DNA from: Rhodosorus marinus CCMP1338
Taxonomy: Eukaryota; Plantae; Rhodophyta
Direction of reading: 5' to 3'
Assembly (NCBI GenBank): GCA_029953675.1
Contig: JAMWBK010000013.1
Coordinates: 868,001 to 932,000 of the forward strand
DNA: 64,000 nt
Shown here: positions 23,070 to 33,651 of the stretch, one piece after another
How the letters are laid out: each line of letters begins with the position of its first letter
How positions within the stretch are numbered: position 1 is the first letter of the stretch
Translations under genes and position numbers: made by a program
The notes under the pieces: model-generated
Told to the model about the DNA's origin: nothing
Seen by the model: the letters and a program-made list of their open reading frames with translations, nothing else
Database searches by the model: none

Positions 23070-25553
23070 TTACTCATCGACGTCCTGGAGTTCTCCTGGA
23101 ATGCCTCTGGATGGGTTCATAGATGCTTGGGAGTGGTACATTTCGGCGATTTCCTCAGCGGTGGTGGCATCTTCGATGCTCTTGTCAGTTCGGATCTCCA
23201 TGAACCTGGGGAACCTCAGGCTGATTCCCTTTTCCTCGTGGACCAGTCCAGCCGCAGCGAGGTGGACAGGGGAGACGGTGAAATCCGCCCCCTTGATTTC
23301 CCAGACCTTGCACGCGTCCAGCCACACAGACGGCTGGAGTCCGCGCGAGACGATGTAGTGCGGTGGCTTTTCCGGTAGCATCCGGCCGTCCTTGTAAAAA
23401 GCCGTCAGTGCCTGGTGTTGCTTGTCTGAGTACCCAGACATGACCTTGCACAGGCTCTGGAATTCACCGTCGTTGTAGCACGCCAACAAGAACGGACTTA
23501 ACCACCCAGCTTTTCTCCCGTTTCCCCACCAGGCGGCAATTGGAACCAGGTCCAAGGATCCCGTTAGGCCCTCCACATAGTCCTTCTTCATCTTTGCCCA
23601 TCCCTCAGACCTAAGGGCAGGCTCATAAGTCGATAGGGGACCAGTCAGTGCTTTGCACATTAGGCCCTCAGCGCCAGCTTTTACAGCTTCTTGGAGCCAA
23701 TCCATTATGTCTTCCTCCCCGCGCAAAGTTTTCTCCTCGACCACGCAGAACTCGCCCGGCGTGAACTGAAAGTTCTCCAAGAGCAGTAAACGCCTTTCCA
23801 TCAAGCTCTGGTTCAGAAGCTGTCTTCCGTTCAGGTATAGCAGGTCGAAAACCATGACGCACACGTCCAGCTTGTCGCTGGACCTCGCAGCAAGCGTTTG
23901 GAAGGGTAGTAAGCGATTTTCTGCTGCTCGGTCCACGGCAACTATCTCCGCGTCTAGGATAGCAGTCTTGACTTTTGACAGTGCCAGTGAGCACTGTACT
24001 GCGGGTACCACCCCGTTATATCTGCCAGTGACGTCCTCCAGATGTCTTGAGAACACTCGAACACTTCCATCCTCCAGAACGTGCAGCTGAGCTCTCTGCC
24101 CATCGTACTTCATTTCGCAGCTCACTTCGGCGTCTTCAAATCGTTTCAACAGAGCTCCAGCATCTCTCGTGATCTTCCCGAGCTGAGGTTTCATAGGTAT
24201 TCCAGGCCGTACGGGGACGTCCGTCAGGCAATTCCTCCAGGATCCGTCCTTCAGCAGGATCTCGCACAGAATGTCGAAACTGGAGCACCTGGAGTACGCT
24301 TCAACCACTGCCTTCGTGGCCTCCTCCAGTTCAGCGTCCGGGTCCCTCTCCAGGACGATGGCACGAGCGAGAGCGACGAGAATCGTCTTGGTGACTGCGC
24401 CGATTCTCATGTTCTGCACGAGCATTCTCGTGATCCATCGAATCTCGCACTCCCTAGTCGCAATGAAAAGGCTCTTTGCCAGAGCAGCCTTCCTCTGGAC
24501 CGATCCGGTGCCCTTGTCCGTCGCCACCTGTCTCAGAATCGTGTAAACCGAACCCACGGTAAGTGGCTTGGGCTGCACTATCGTTCTCACAGATACTCTC
24601 ATCTCCATGGCGACGTCTCCAATATCACCGAGGCGTACGTAAGAGCTCCTCATGCCGCTTCTGGACGCGCCCGTGGCCTCTCGGAGCGCTTGGGAAAGCG
24701 CACGGCTTCCGAGACCAAGCTCAATGCCTTCCCAGGCTGCGGCCAGCTGACCAGAGCAGAGGTACAAAGCGGGAAGCAGGTCCTCGTCTCGTCGACAAAG
24801 GATCGATCGCATCATGTCGCTCAGCAGTTCAACAGTACGAATCCTTGATGAGGTCCGGGCAACCCTTTCGAACGTTCGGGCGAGGTGTAAATATGGGGTC
24901 TCCTTGTTGACATCCCACCATGCTCCTTTCAGCGGGTCGTACTCTTCTCCTGGTTTCTGTTCGGGAACCTTATCAGGAGATGACCCGGGCATTTTCTTTT
25001 CATCGTCCTTGGCCTGTCCCTCGCCCAGCAGACTCTGCGCAGGCACTTGCGGAATTGAAACCTCCGCTGGAGGGCTTTCCTTCGCATCAGATTCCTCCTG
25101 TACAACAGGCGAAAGTTGGGGTTTCTCGCAGCCTCTGGTAGAGCTCTTGTCAAGGACCGGGTTGGGTCTTGATTCCCGTGGTTCAGAAGTGTCTTCTGTA
25201 CGCCCCACAGAAGCAGTTCCTTCAATTTTCACCTTCTTCGACTTAACCGGTTGGAAGAAATCCGTTAGTGTCGCTTGCTTCGCTTTCCTTCCAACCGATG
25301 CCGCCTTCTTTGAGGCTGTGATGGATCCTGAACCCTCCGTTTCGATCGAGTTCTGGGTGCGAGGTAGAGAGCCTCTGTCTGCACCTTCCTCCCCATTAAC
25401 GAGGACCGGGTCCGTTGCGGATTCCAAAAGTCGATTCAAGGCCGTCGAAACTTCACCATGCGCCTCTTCCAATACCCTATCCGCGTTCAGGCCACGGGCT
25501 TTCGCCAATTCTCGAAAAATTTCAAGGTCCTCCTTGTCGGAAGACATCGTCAT
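23070..25553 (-). CDS. LIG6: ATP-dependent DNA ligase of the ligase I family, LIG6-like catalytic core; intronless, 827 aa
   Basis: Motif I CEMKYDGQRAQLH; ILDAEIV; VFDLLYLNG; EGLMCK; WAKMKKDY; AWWGNGRKAGWLSPFLLACY; SLRFPRF. PIP-box-like QATLTDFF at 25254-25277. The LIG6 assignment rests on recalled motifs; ligase identity itself is certain. Confidence 0.88.
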   Translation of the reverse strand: MTMSSDKEDLEIFRELAKARGLNADRVLEEAHGEVSTALNRLLESATDPVLVNGEEGADRGSLPRTQNSIETEGSGSITASKKAASVGRKAKQATLTDFFQPVKSKKVKIEGTASVGRTEDTSEPRESRPNPVLDKSSTRGCEKPQLSPVVQEESDAKESPPAEVSIPQVPAQSLLGEGQAKDDEKKMPGSSPDKVPEQKPGEEYDPLKGAWWDVNKETPYLHLARTFERVARTSSRIRTVELLSDMMRSILCRRDEDLLPALYLCSGQLAAAWEGIELGLGSRALSQALREATGASRSGMRSSYVRLGDIGDVAMEMRVSVRTIVQPKPLTVGSVYTILRQVATDKGTGSVQRKAALAKSLFIATRECEIRWITRMLVQNMRIGAVTKTILVALARAIVLERDPDAELEEATKAVVEAYSRCSSFDILCEILLKDGSWRNCLTDVPVRPGIPMKPQLGKITRDAGALLKRFEDAEVSCEMKYDGQRAQLHVLEDGSVRVFSRHLEDVTGRYNGVVPAVQCSLALSKVKTAILDAEIVAVDRAAENRLLPFQTLAARSSDKLDVCVMVFDLLYLNGRQLLNQSLMERRLLLLENFQFTPGEFCVVEEKTLRGEEDIMDWLQEAVKAGAEGLMCKALTGPLSTYEPALRSEGWAKMKKDYVEGLTGSLDLVPIAAWWGNGRKAGWLSPFLLACYNDGEFQSLCKVMSGYSDKQHQALTAFYKDGRMLPEKPPHYIVSRGLQPSVWLDACKVWEIKGADFTVSPVHLAAAGLVHEEKGISLRFPRFMEIRTDKSIEDATTAEEIAEMYHSQASMNPSRGIPGELQDVDE

Positions 25554-26099
25554 CGACAGTCCACATCATACGAATGCTTAGAAGTAGATACACATCTCCA
25601 CCTGCACCCAATGGTGCTGACCAGATGGCTGAATCATCGTCACCATGCCACCGGCAGATACGCTCCGCAGAGATCCGGTGTGTGGGCGGGCGTTTCGGGA
25701 ATTGTCTAACGAAGCAGGCGCGGATCGGATTCCAACTTCCTATCGAAAAGTTGGCGACTCCCCAGGTCTGGATAGTGGTGAGCTGGATAGGGCAGTGGAC
25801 CAAACAGTCGCGTTACGATACTAGCGTTGATGGAAAGCCCCAGAGCTCCTGGTGTGCTTTGGCTTATCGTCGAAGGCATTCTTCTGCTGAATGTTAACTG
25901 CAAATTTGTCGCTTTGCTTTTTCCAAGCGCGTGGGAGACATGGAATGACTTGCTTCCAACCTGGAGTCTAAAGACCAAGCGCTGATTGTCGTGCTCGTTA
26001 GCCTGTCAATAGCTTCACGCGGGCTTGGGAGAACTAGCTCCTGGTCTGGTTAGTGCTAGACTCTAATCGAAAGCTCTGGCGATGTGATCCTCAAGAAGC

Positions 26100-27550
26100 G
26101 GAAAATGCAACGTGATGGGAGTATGGTCTCTTCAACTGTTTCACTGCCTGCTCATCATTTCCCATGTGCCTCCACTCTGGGATCACTTAGCTGTCAGTAA
26201 AGTCCGCGGTTGGGCTTTAACAGAGTGTTAGCGTGCTCTGATCAGTACCTTCAGTTGGAGGGGAGCGCGGGGTACGGGTGCGGCGATAAAAGAGCCCCGG
26301 CCAGCAAAGAACTAGAGCAAGCTCAATAGGTCAAGATGGCTGTTTATAAATAGCTGATTTCCAGCATCGTCTACGTCAACAGCGAGTGGTTTGTGATACT
26401 CAGCAAGCCTCCCTCGCGTGAGGTGCAAGAATAAGGCGTCGCACTCTTTGCTTTTCACGATGGGTCCTTGGACCGTTCCACGGGCTTTACGAGTATTCTG
26501 AGAGCAGTGCTTATCGGGCGATGAGGAACGACCGGGGGCCAGAGGCTTTCCTGTAAATGGAAAGTATTCTGGAAGTACGGTCGCGTCAGCTGGTCTTGAG
26601 TCGTCGCCGATTTTCTAGAGCGAAACTCGATTAGAAAGTCCAGGGCTCCCTCGCCAGCGATAAGGCTCTGGCTGAATAGCTCCGACGAGCACTCATGGTC
26701 AGTAAAGGGGGTTGCCAAGAAAGCCTTTAGAGTCTCGTGAGACGTTTGTGGTCACATCAAGGAACTTTTTTTTCTGTGAAACGCGAGGTATGCACTCGAA
26801 GCAAAGCGTTACCTCGTATGCAATATCATCCGGAAAGCACGTTTCAGCTACCGATGAACTCCACGAGGGCTGATGGCTTGATGCTTTTGTGGCACTTGGA
26901 TGAAGCTGAAATAAGCTGAAGGTCATGGGCCTTGAATTGCGGCTTGTTACCTCAAGACCTGTTTTCCACTATGACGGGCATGGGGTTGGATGCCGGAAAA
27001 CGATGAGGCAAGCGGAGCAAGATTTGATTGCTCTTGGCTTATGCTAGAAGTTTGATTTTCGTCCCTTTGTGATTGCCCGAGTCGTACTCATGACAGCACA
27101 GAACCCAGCGCATAGCATAGAGCGTCTTAGATCCCACCTGCACATGCATCTGATTCATGTGTTTCTGTGATCGGAAGCGGGGCAATCCCCTTCTGTGCTC
27201 TTGTTCCTGGGGAGTAGTCGCTAGGCTGAGTAGACTCAATATGTCTCAATCTTCATGGGCCTGGTTGAGAGCTCGTGCGAAACTTGCCAACACAACCCAA
27301 GTCCCGATCAGCCAGTTTCGAATTGATCTATGAAGAAAGCGGTCGATACACGGAGGGTAAGGACTTCCTCGCGGATTTGGAGCACAACCGTGGTATTTCC
27401 CTCTACAAACTAGCCGCCTCATCTCGAGACCTGGCGGCCAGAACAAAAAAAAACAACAAAAAACAAAGGCACCGATGACCTTCCCCCGGCTCCAAAAGAT
27501 CCACATAACGGCCGAGGCTACTGTCAATCCCACCCATCATTTTCGAAAAC
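26100..27550 (-). other. Possible unrecognised spliced gene or pseudogene
   Basis: Plausible exon pieces with GT/AG flanks (MMGGIDSSLGRYVDLLEPGE|EGNTTVVLQIREEVLTLR; IGDDSRPADATVLPEYFPFTGKPLA...) next to a C-rich promoter-like flank at ~27660-27900. No complete model or family recognised. Confidence 0.25.
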
Positions 27551-27897
27551 CCATCATTTTCGAAAACGAGCTCGAGATTTCGAATGCCGAAGATCCTTTC
27601 GGCGTAATTGCGTCCCCTTCATGCCAAGCCCTGCGGGTTCATGTAAAGAGAGAGTAAACGGATCAAACCAACCCCCAGAATTCCTGTTTCCTGGCGGGGA
27701 ATAGAAACTAAAACACATTCACACACATCGCAGCATCGGCATTTCAAAACTCCCTCACTATCTCCCCAGGCGAAAATCAAAAAAAAAAAAAAGTTCCCAC
27801 CTTTGTCAAGACCTTTTTTTTGTTTGTCCGATTCATATAACTATCTAACGCCAAACCCTATAGAACCTTTTTTTTCCCGGTTTTTGAAAAATCCCCG

Positions 27898-28025
27898 TTT
27901 CGATGAGGGTGGCCATCATCTCCCTTCTCCATCGTAAGAGATTTCGATGGGAGTGGCCATCATCTTCCTTCTCCATCGTTAGAGATTCGATGGGGGTGGC
28001 CGTCATCTCCCTTATCAATCATAAG
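27898..28025. repeat. ~44-bp tandem repeat, 3 copies
   Basis: TTCGATG(A/G)G(G/A)GTGGCC(A/G)TCATCT(C/T)CCTT(C/A)TC(C/A)ATC starting near 27898, 27942 and 27986. Confidence 0.88.
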
Positions 28026-30264
28026 CGTCACCAAAAGTTTGCAGCCGCGAACCATATCCCACGTCAGACTATCAGGACCTGCTATCTAAGTTGTTTTTTT
28101 CCACGGGGTTTGGTAGTTTAAATCTCATTGGGGAATTCAGATTCTGGGAAAAAAAGTTGATTGGCAAAATCTTGTCTTTGACTGGTCATCAACAAGCAAA
28201 CGTCCAATAATCACAAACTCCGATACTTTTTAATCAATTAATGCTCACGCAGGAGATCCTCCCTTTCCGGTTGGATACCTTCTATCCAATTAATCGACGA
28301 CATATTGTTCGGCGATACTTCTATGGAAAAACGCGGAAAATTGGCGATTTTTTGAAAAGTTGTCCTTGCTACCCTCCATAAGAAACGCGCTTTCGAATAG
28401 TTTTCTCTAATAATGTACCTTTTAAACCATATTTTAAGGCGCAGTAGGGAACTATTTTACTAGGGGTAAAACTTCGTCTATGTCTGACCTTAGGCGGGAA
28501 AATTCGCGGAAGAGTCAGCCGTCAACGTTTTCCTTCGTCACTAGTCGATATTTTATTGGCTCAATTCAAATTCAAAAATGATTGGACGGATATTATTTTG
28601 TCCAATTATCCTAGAGGAGATTTTTACTAGTTATCCATTGGAGGATCAGTCTTCGATAGGGGGATGTGCACGAAAAGTCTTAGATAAACTTGATTGCTAG
28701 CATCCCAACAGGAAGCGGGTCCTCATACCAACTCCTCCTCGGTCCTCCCCCACCCCCCCCACCCCCCATTTTAGGTCAAAATCTAGGGCGCAGTCTTTAT
28801 GCAAACATAGCGGGATTTCGGTGTTCCGAATTTTTTCTGGTTTTTCAATTCGTCAATGTACGTTGCTCCCGTTGGACGCTCCGCTTCCATAAGAGACCCA
28901 GAAATATACTTTTAGATCTTTTGTACTTATATTTAGAAGACAGCAGACCATACTATAATAAGCTAGATGCTAGTTTACCCCCTCTTATGTAGGATTGTAC
29001 AAGAGGCGTATGAATTCAAACCACACCCGGTGGTACTATTTTATTTCTAGATGGGTATTTTATAAATTTTACGAAATAGTACCAGTTTCGTAGCAAAATC
29101 AATCCCCCTATAACATACTTGAACTCTTTTGAAGTACATTGACTTACCCCCCCTTTGCGATTTTTTTGTGCAAAGACAGCAGCTTGAAGTTCTTCGACGC
29201 GTTCTAAAACTATTCCACTTTTTTTGTATCCTCTGAGAGGCGGTTTTTGAACAGTACATGAGCAAGCCCTAATCGGTTTCACCCCTCAACCCCCCCCTGA
29301 CACTTTCCAACATCACAGATGGATAGCCTTTCTCGCGCAATCTTCCCACTTTTTATCTCGTGCCGAAAGGCTTAAATATAAACCGTCCACCCCCTTTTCT
29401 GCCCCCCCCCGGTCATGTCGCCATAATTCCACGACAAAACTCTTCTCCAGATTCCTAGCCCCTTCAGAAATAAGTAATTTCTATTGAAAACCTCAACAAA
29501 TTTCATCAGTATTAGTAAAATATACTTCGTTTCAAATAAAATTCGCCAAGAAGATACAAAACTTTTTCATTGCATTAAGGCCTTCAACGAACATCATTGG
29601 TGAATTGTTGTGTAATCAAATGTGATCATTGGCTATTCAATTTGTTCAAAGCCGACCGGGCGAGAATGAAAAATTTCAAAACAAATATGACCCTCCCTAA
29701 GAAATTCCTGCAGACGTAATCTAGAGAGAAGAGAGGGGGCTATCACAATCCAAAATTTTTGATAGATTCTTTTAAAATAAATATTTAGTAAAAGCTTGAT
29801 TTTTTTGTTCAGGAGTTTGACCCTGCAGGTTTTTATTTGGGTTTCTTGTTTGACTTAATAGTGTTTTGACAGAAAGGGGTAAACATCTATGCCTAGTGAC
29901 GAAGAGGGAAGGGGGTAGGTATCATGAAAGTTGACAAAGATGAAAGGGGGAGGGGGGGGGGGGTGGAGAAGTGGTGAGAGGGGAATTTTTGGAAGAGGGG
30001 TTTTAGAACGTTTTTAAAGGTCGAGAGACGGAATGTTGCGGTTGGGGAGGACGGAAGGGGGAGGAGAGACCTGAAAGGTTGAAAGGCAGGGCTGTTCTGG
30101 GATTACGGTATGGATGATATGGTAGAGTGGAGCGAGTATGAGAGCGTTGAGGTTGGTGAGGAATAGGAACCATTAACTGGTTTTGTGAGCTTCTGGGTGT
30201 GGTAAATTTTTTCTTTTGGTTTTCGTGGGTGAGGGGAAGTTTGAAAAGGAAAGTGTGAGCGGAG

Positions 30265-31011
30265 ATGGAGGGTTTTGAGGAGGAGATTAGGAGGATTTCA
30301 CTGTCCGCCGCATCTGAGAAAATGGAGGAGGCGACTGCGAACTCGAGTGATGGGAGATCGGTGAGTTCGGACGCTGGGTCGAGTGAGGAAGTTCCGAGAG
30401 AAGGGCCTACAGATGTATCAGCTGCCGGTTGTGATATAGTTCTTCCATATGAACCAGTCCCGTTTGTGGATATGGACCGGTTTATCGGGAAGTGGTACGA
30501 AATTGCGAAGATTCCGAACCGGTGGCAAGCTAATGGCAACTTGTCTACCGTCATATACTGCCGAAATCCCAATAATGGAAAGCTGAGGATCGTGAGCAGA
30601 ACATTCGTTGATGGGCGCCGAATTGAACATAGCGGGAGACTTTGGGTTAATGACCAAGGCAAGAGCTCATCATACAAGTGCCAATTTCTGTGGCCTTTCA
30701 CAGGAATGTTTTGGATTCTTCACCTGGGAGAGAAGGAGAACTATGGTAAGACGGCATGAGATTTAGCCCTCTCCCATGAACCAAAGGCTCACAGCTCGTC
30801 CCCCTTTGCGCCAACAGGATATTGTGTTATTGGAGACCCAAGCAAGACTAACTTATGGATTCTGAGCAGAACTCCAACTCTGGAAGACTACGTCTACGAA
30901 AAGCTCGTTGCCCAGCTGGAATGGCAAGGATACAATACGTCCAAGCTAGTCGTTACTTCCCAGAGCGAGGACCTTGCGGCTTACAAAGACGAGAACGACG
31001 ACTTTTACTAA
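30265..31011 (+). CDS. Lipocalin (Blc/TIL-like); 1 intron (~30747-30817)
   Basis: SCR1 VDMDRFIGKWYEIAKIP; YKCQFLWPFTGMFWIL; after the intron YCVIGDPSKTNLWILSRTPTL (SCR2/3); ends AYKDENDDFY* at 31009-31011. Confidence 0.9.
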
Positions 31012-31422
31012 TATGTTCAAGGAGCCGCACAAGCACCGACCTGCTTTTGAGTGGACGCGGTAGCAGTATTTCAAGTACTCATGTCATCAAATGTCGTGTT
31101 CTTGATTTTTATGTTCTTATTATCAGTTTTTATTGCCGAAAGAAATACAATCCGAACCCAGTAATGGCATAACGACAACGATGTCATCCTGGTGTTCTTG
31201 AAGTCGGAGCTGGAAAGAAAAATTGTAGAGATGTTAGTCCCCCGACTTGCAAGTAAACCACAATGGGGGCGCTGTGTATGATTTGTTCACATAATTAAGA
31301 AGAGTAAAAAAACAAAGGCCTTCAATGCTGCGATCCACCAATATCCTCGATATTTTAAGCTCCGGACAGGAGGTCACATTGTCAACTTCAATTTCAAAAT
31401 CGATCATTCGGATGCTCCTCAG

Positions 31423-32307
31423 TCAGGATTGATCAGGCTGGATCAGAGCAAAGTTTGGACTGGGCTGGATCTTCAACCAGTTGAAATCCTTCACTTCCCT
31501 CCAGCGATTCTCCGAGGGCGTGAGCAGAGCCCTGTTTAGTAGGTCCGCAAGTTCGCTGTCCCCCTGATTAGCGGGAGGGTAGCTCGAGAACTGGAGCTGA
31601 GAACAGCGCTCAATGATCGGGCCCGAGGATACGTGCAGGAAAAAGCGACAATTAGCGCTCTCGTGAACGCGAAACTGGTGACAGGCAGTCTCGACGACGC
31701 AGTTATTGCAGCGGGTGAGATGCGCTGATCCTGACATTGGGTCCGTCTCAATTATACAGTCCTCTAAATCAGAGAGGAACAGAGAACTTCCGAGGCCCCT
31801 CACCCGAACTGTACATCGCGCTAACCCCAGGAGTACAACAGCGTCCCGCCCCTTGTTGACCACCTCAAAAGTCTCACCCGCCCTGTTTTCAAACCGGACG
31901 GATTTATCGCGAGCGAGCGCCTCTACCCTCGTTCTTCGCGAAATGGTTGTCTCTTGGCTGCCTTTTACCGCTTCTACTTTGCCGCTTGCAACTTTGTCGA
32001 GATTGCGAAACCTGAACTTCTGCTTGGGGAATATTTCGTCTCTTCGTTTCTTCTCCAACTTCTCCAGACTAGCAACCGCCTCAACCAGCCTCCGAATCTC
32101 ATAACTCGGAAGATACAACCTGGCGGCGTTCAGACTTGACTCAACCTCCGAGATCCTTTCCATGGCCTCGTTGAGCATCTGAAGCGCCACCACACGATCA
32201 ACATCAGCCTTCTCATCGTACTCGAACTCCAGAGTACGTCGAACGTCGCTCAATGCCGCGTCAAGACCTTGCAGCAGCACTGAAACCTCGCCTTCCATAT
32301 CCGACAA
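31423..32307 (-). CDS. TBCC: Tubulin-specific chaperone C (cofactor C); intronless
   Basis: N-terminal helical domain LYLPSYEIRR...FPKQKFRF; C-CAP domain GSSLFLSDLEDC, ACHQFRVHES, HVSSGPIIERC, NRWREVKDFNWLKIQPSPNF. Confidence 0.93.
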   Translation of the reverse strand: MSDMEGEVSVLLQGLDAALSDVRRTLEFEYDEKADVDRVVALQMLNEAMERISEVESSLNAARLYLPSYEIRRLVEAVASLEKLEKKRRDEIFPKQKFRFRNLDKVASGKVEAVKGSQETTISRRTRVEALARDKSVRFENRAGETFEVVNKGRDAVVLLGLARCTVRVRGLGSSLFLSDLEDCIIETDPMSGSAHLTRCNNCVVETACHQFRVHESANCRFFLHVSSGPIIERCSQLQFSSYPPANQGDSELADLLNRALLTPSENRWREVKDFNWLKIQPSPNFALIQPDQS

Positions 32308-32475
32308 CTTTTTTCAAATCAGAGGCCGATCCACTACGGGCTGCCACGGCAGAGATCCTGCAGATCAGATTATCCCATCAAACACTCCGTCATTGCAGAA
32401 ACCTTCCCGTACGTCCTCCAGTCCTTTCCCTTTCAACGTTATCGAGTAGAGGTCGTCGCTGATCCCACCACTCCT

Positions 32476-33035
32476 CCGCTGTCCCATATGGGACATTGCT
32501 CTTGACTGGCATCAACGCTGAAGCTTCTTAGCGACGGAACTGCTTTGGGCTGCCGGCCACAGAGAAGATTCAACTGGAGTTCGAGTACGATTAAAAGGCT
32601 GATGTTGATCGCGTGATGGTGCCGCCGCTTCAGATGCTCAATAAGGCCATGGAAAGGATCTCGGAGGTTGAGTCGAGTCTGAACGCCGCCAGGTTGTATC
32701 TACCGAGTTGTGAGATTCGGAGGCTGGTTGAGGCGGTTGCTAGTCTGGAGAAGTTGGAGAAGAAACGAAGAGACGAAATATTCCCCGAGCAGAAGTTCAA
32801 GTTTTGATCTGGTTTGGGGATGGCTGCCAGAGAGAAGATTCAATTCTGACGTAGTTTGGGGCTGGCTGCGCGAGACAACTCGTCCGCTGTCCTATATGGG
32901 GACATTGCTTCTTGAGCAGTACCATTGAAGCTTCTTCTCAACGGAACAGTTTTAGGGGTTGCAACCCGAGAGAACATTCAATTCTAACTTGGTTTGAGGC
33001 TGGCGGCCTAGTAGAAGTTTCAATTCTAATCTGGA
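32476..33035. repeat. Local repeat array enclosing the TBCC fragment
   Basis: ~100-bp unit CCGCTGTCC(C/T)ATATGGG...TGAAGCTTCTT...ACGGAAC at 32476 and 32884; ~40-bp subunit GTTTG(G/A)GG.TGGC.GCC...GAGAAGATTCAATTCT at ~32810, ~32850 and ~32990. Confidence 0.8.
32574..32804 (+). pseudogene. TBCC: Inverted duplicate of the TBCC 5' coding segment (parent 32007-32232)
   Basis: About 10 substitutions plus 6 inserted nt over ~225 bp by manual alignment; GAG->TAA stop near its 5' end. Confidence 0.93.
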
Positions 33036-33651
33036 CTGCTTCGTTGAAATCATTTTATCCTTGGCGGCATGGGATTATGCTCCTCTTCTGACAAGCCTCT
33101 GTTCAGCTAGAGAGAAGAAAACCATCCGCTTGAGTGAGTCTGGTTCGTTTTCAAGTACTTACGCTTTCCATAATGCGAGGCTCTCGAAAGCTTTGATCGA
33201 AATAACATTAACTTGGTTCTCAGCATAAAAGCCTAAGAATGATACATGCGACGATCCAGACTTCTTTTTGGGAGAGGCGGAAGATCCAAACATACCTCAC
33301 GCATGGGAGCCTGGGGTATACCCCGCGCTCAAGGACGAAAAACTCAGGAGTTCGAAATCACTCGCTGGGTTCTGTCGCGGGTGCGTCCTAGTGTGTCATT
33401 AGCGCTGATCGCTGACCTTCCTACATGAAACTTGCCATCAGCGCGACAGACTACAGCAAATACGCAAACGTCGGTCCAAAGGTGGCACCTCGCTCAAGGA
33501 GCATTCGTTCGGAGCGATGTCATTTTAGTTAGGAAAGTGGACAGAGGGTTATGGTCGTGAGTTGGGTCTGGACTGGGAGTGAGACTATACATATTTTGCG
33601 TATGGAAGAATCTGAGGGCTCTTCGTGAGCCGTCGAATAGGAAAGACTGGG

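Noticed and set aside
23070-25553. Intronless ligase among intron-rich neighbours (retrocopy or HGT?)
   Set aside because: MOT1 also has a ~3-kb exon and TBCC is intronless, so long exons are not exceptional here; the sequence is eukaryotic ligase I type.
19004-25581. Long antisense ORFs over the UBAP2L-like and ligase genes (e.g. 19107-19973, 24081-24848, 24814-25581)
   Set aside because: Typical shadow ORFs of GC-balanced coding DNA, with no motifs of their own.
32560-32572. ACAGAGAAGATT matches the U6 snRNA ACAGAGA box region
   Set aside because: The downstream AGCATGGCCCC and upstream U6 sequence are absent. The 12-mer is one variant of the local GAGAAGATTCAATT repeat subunit.
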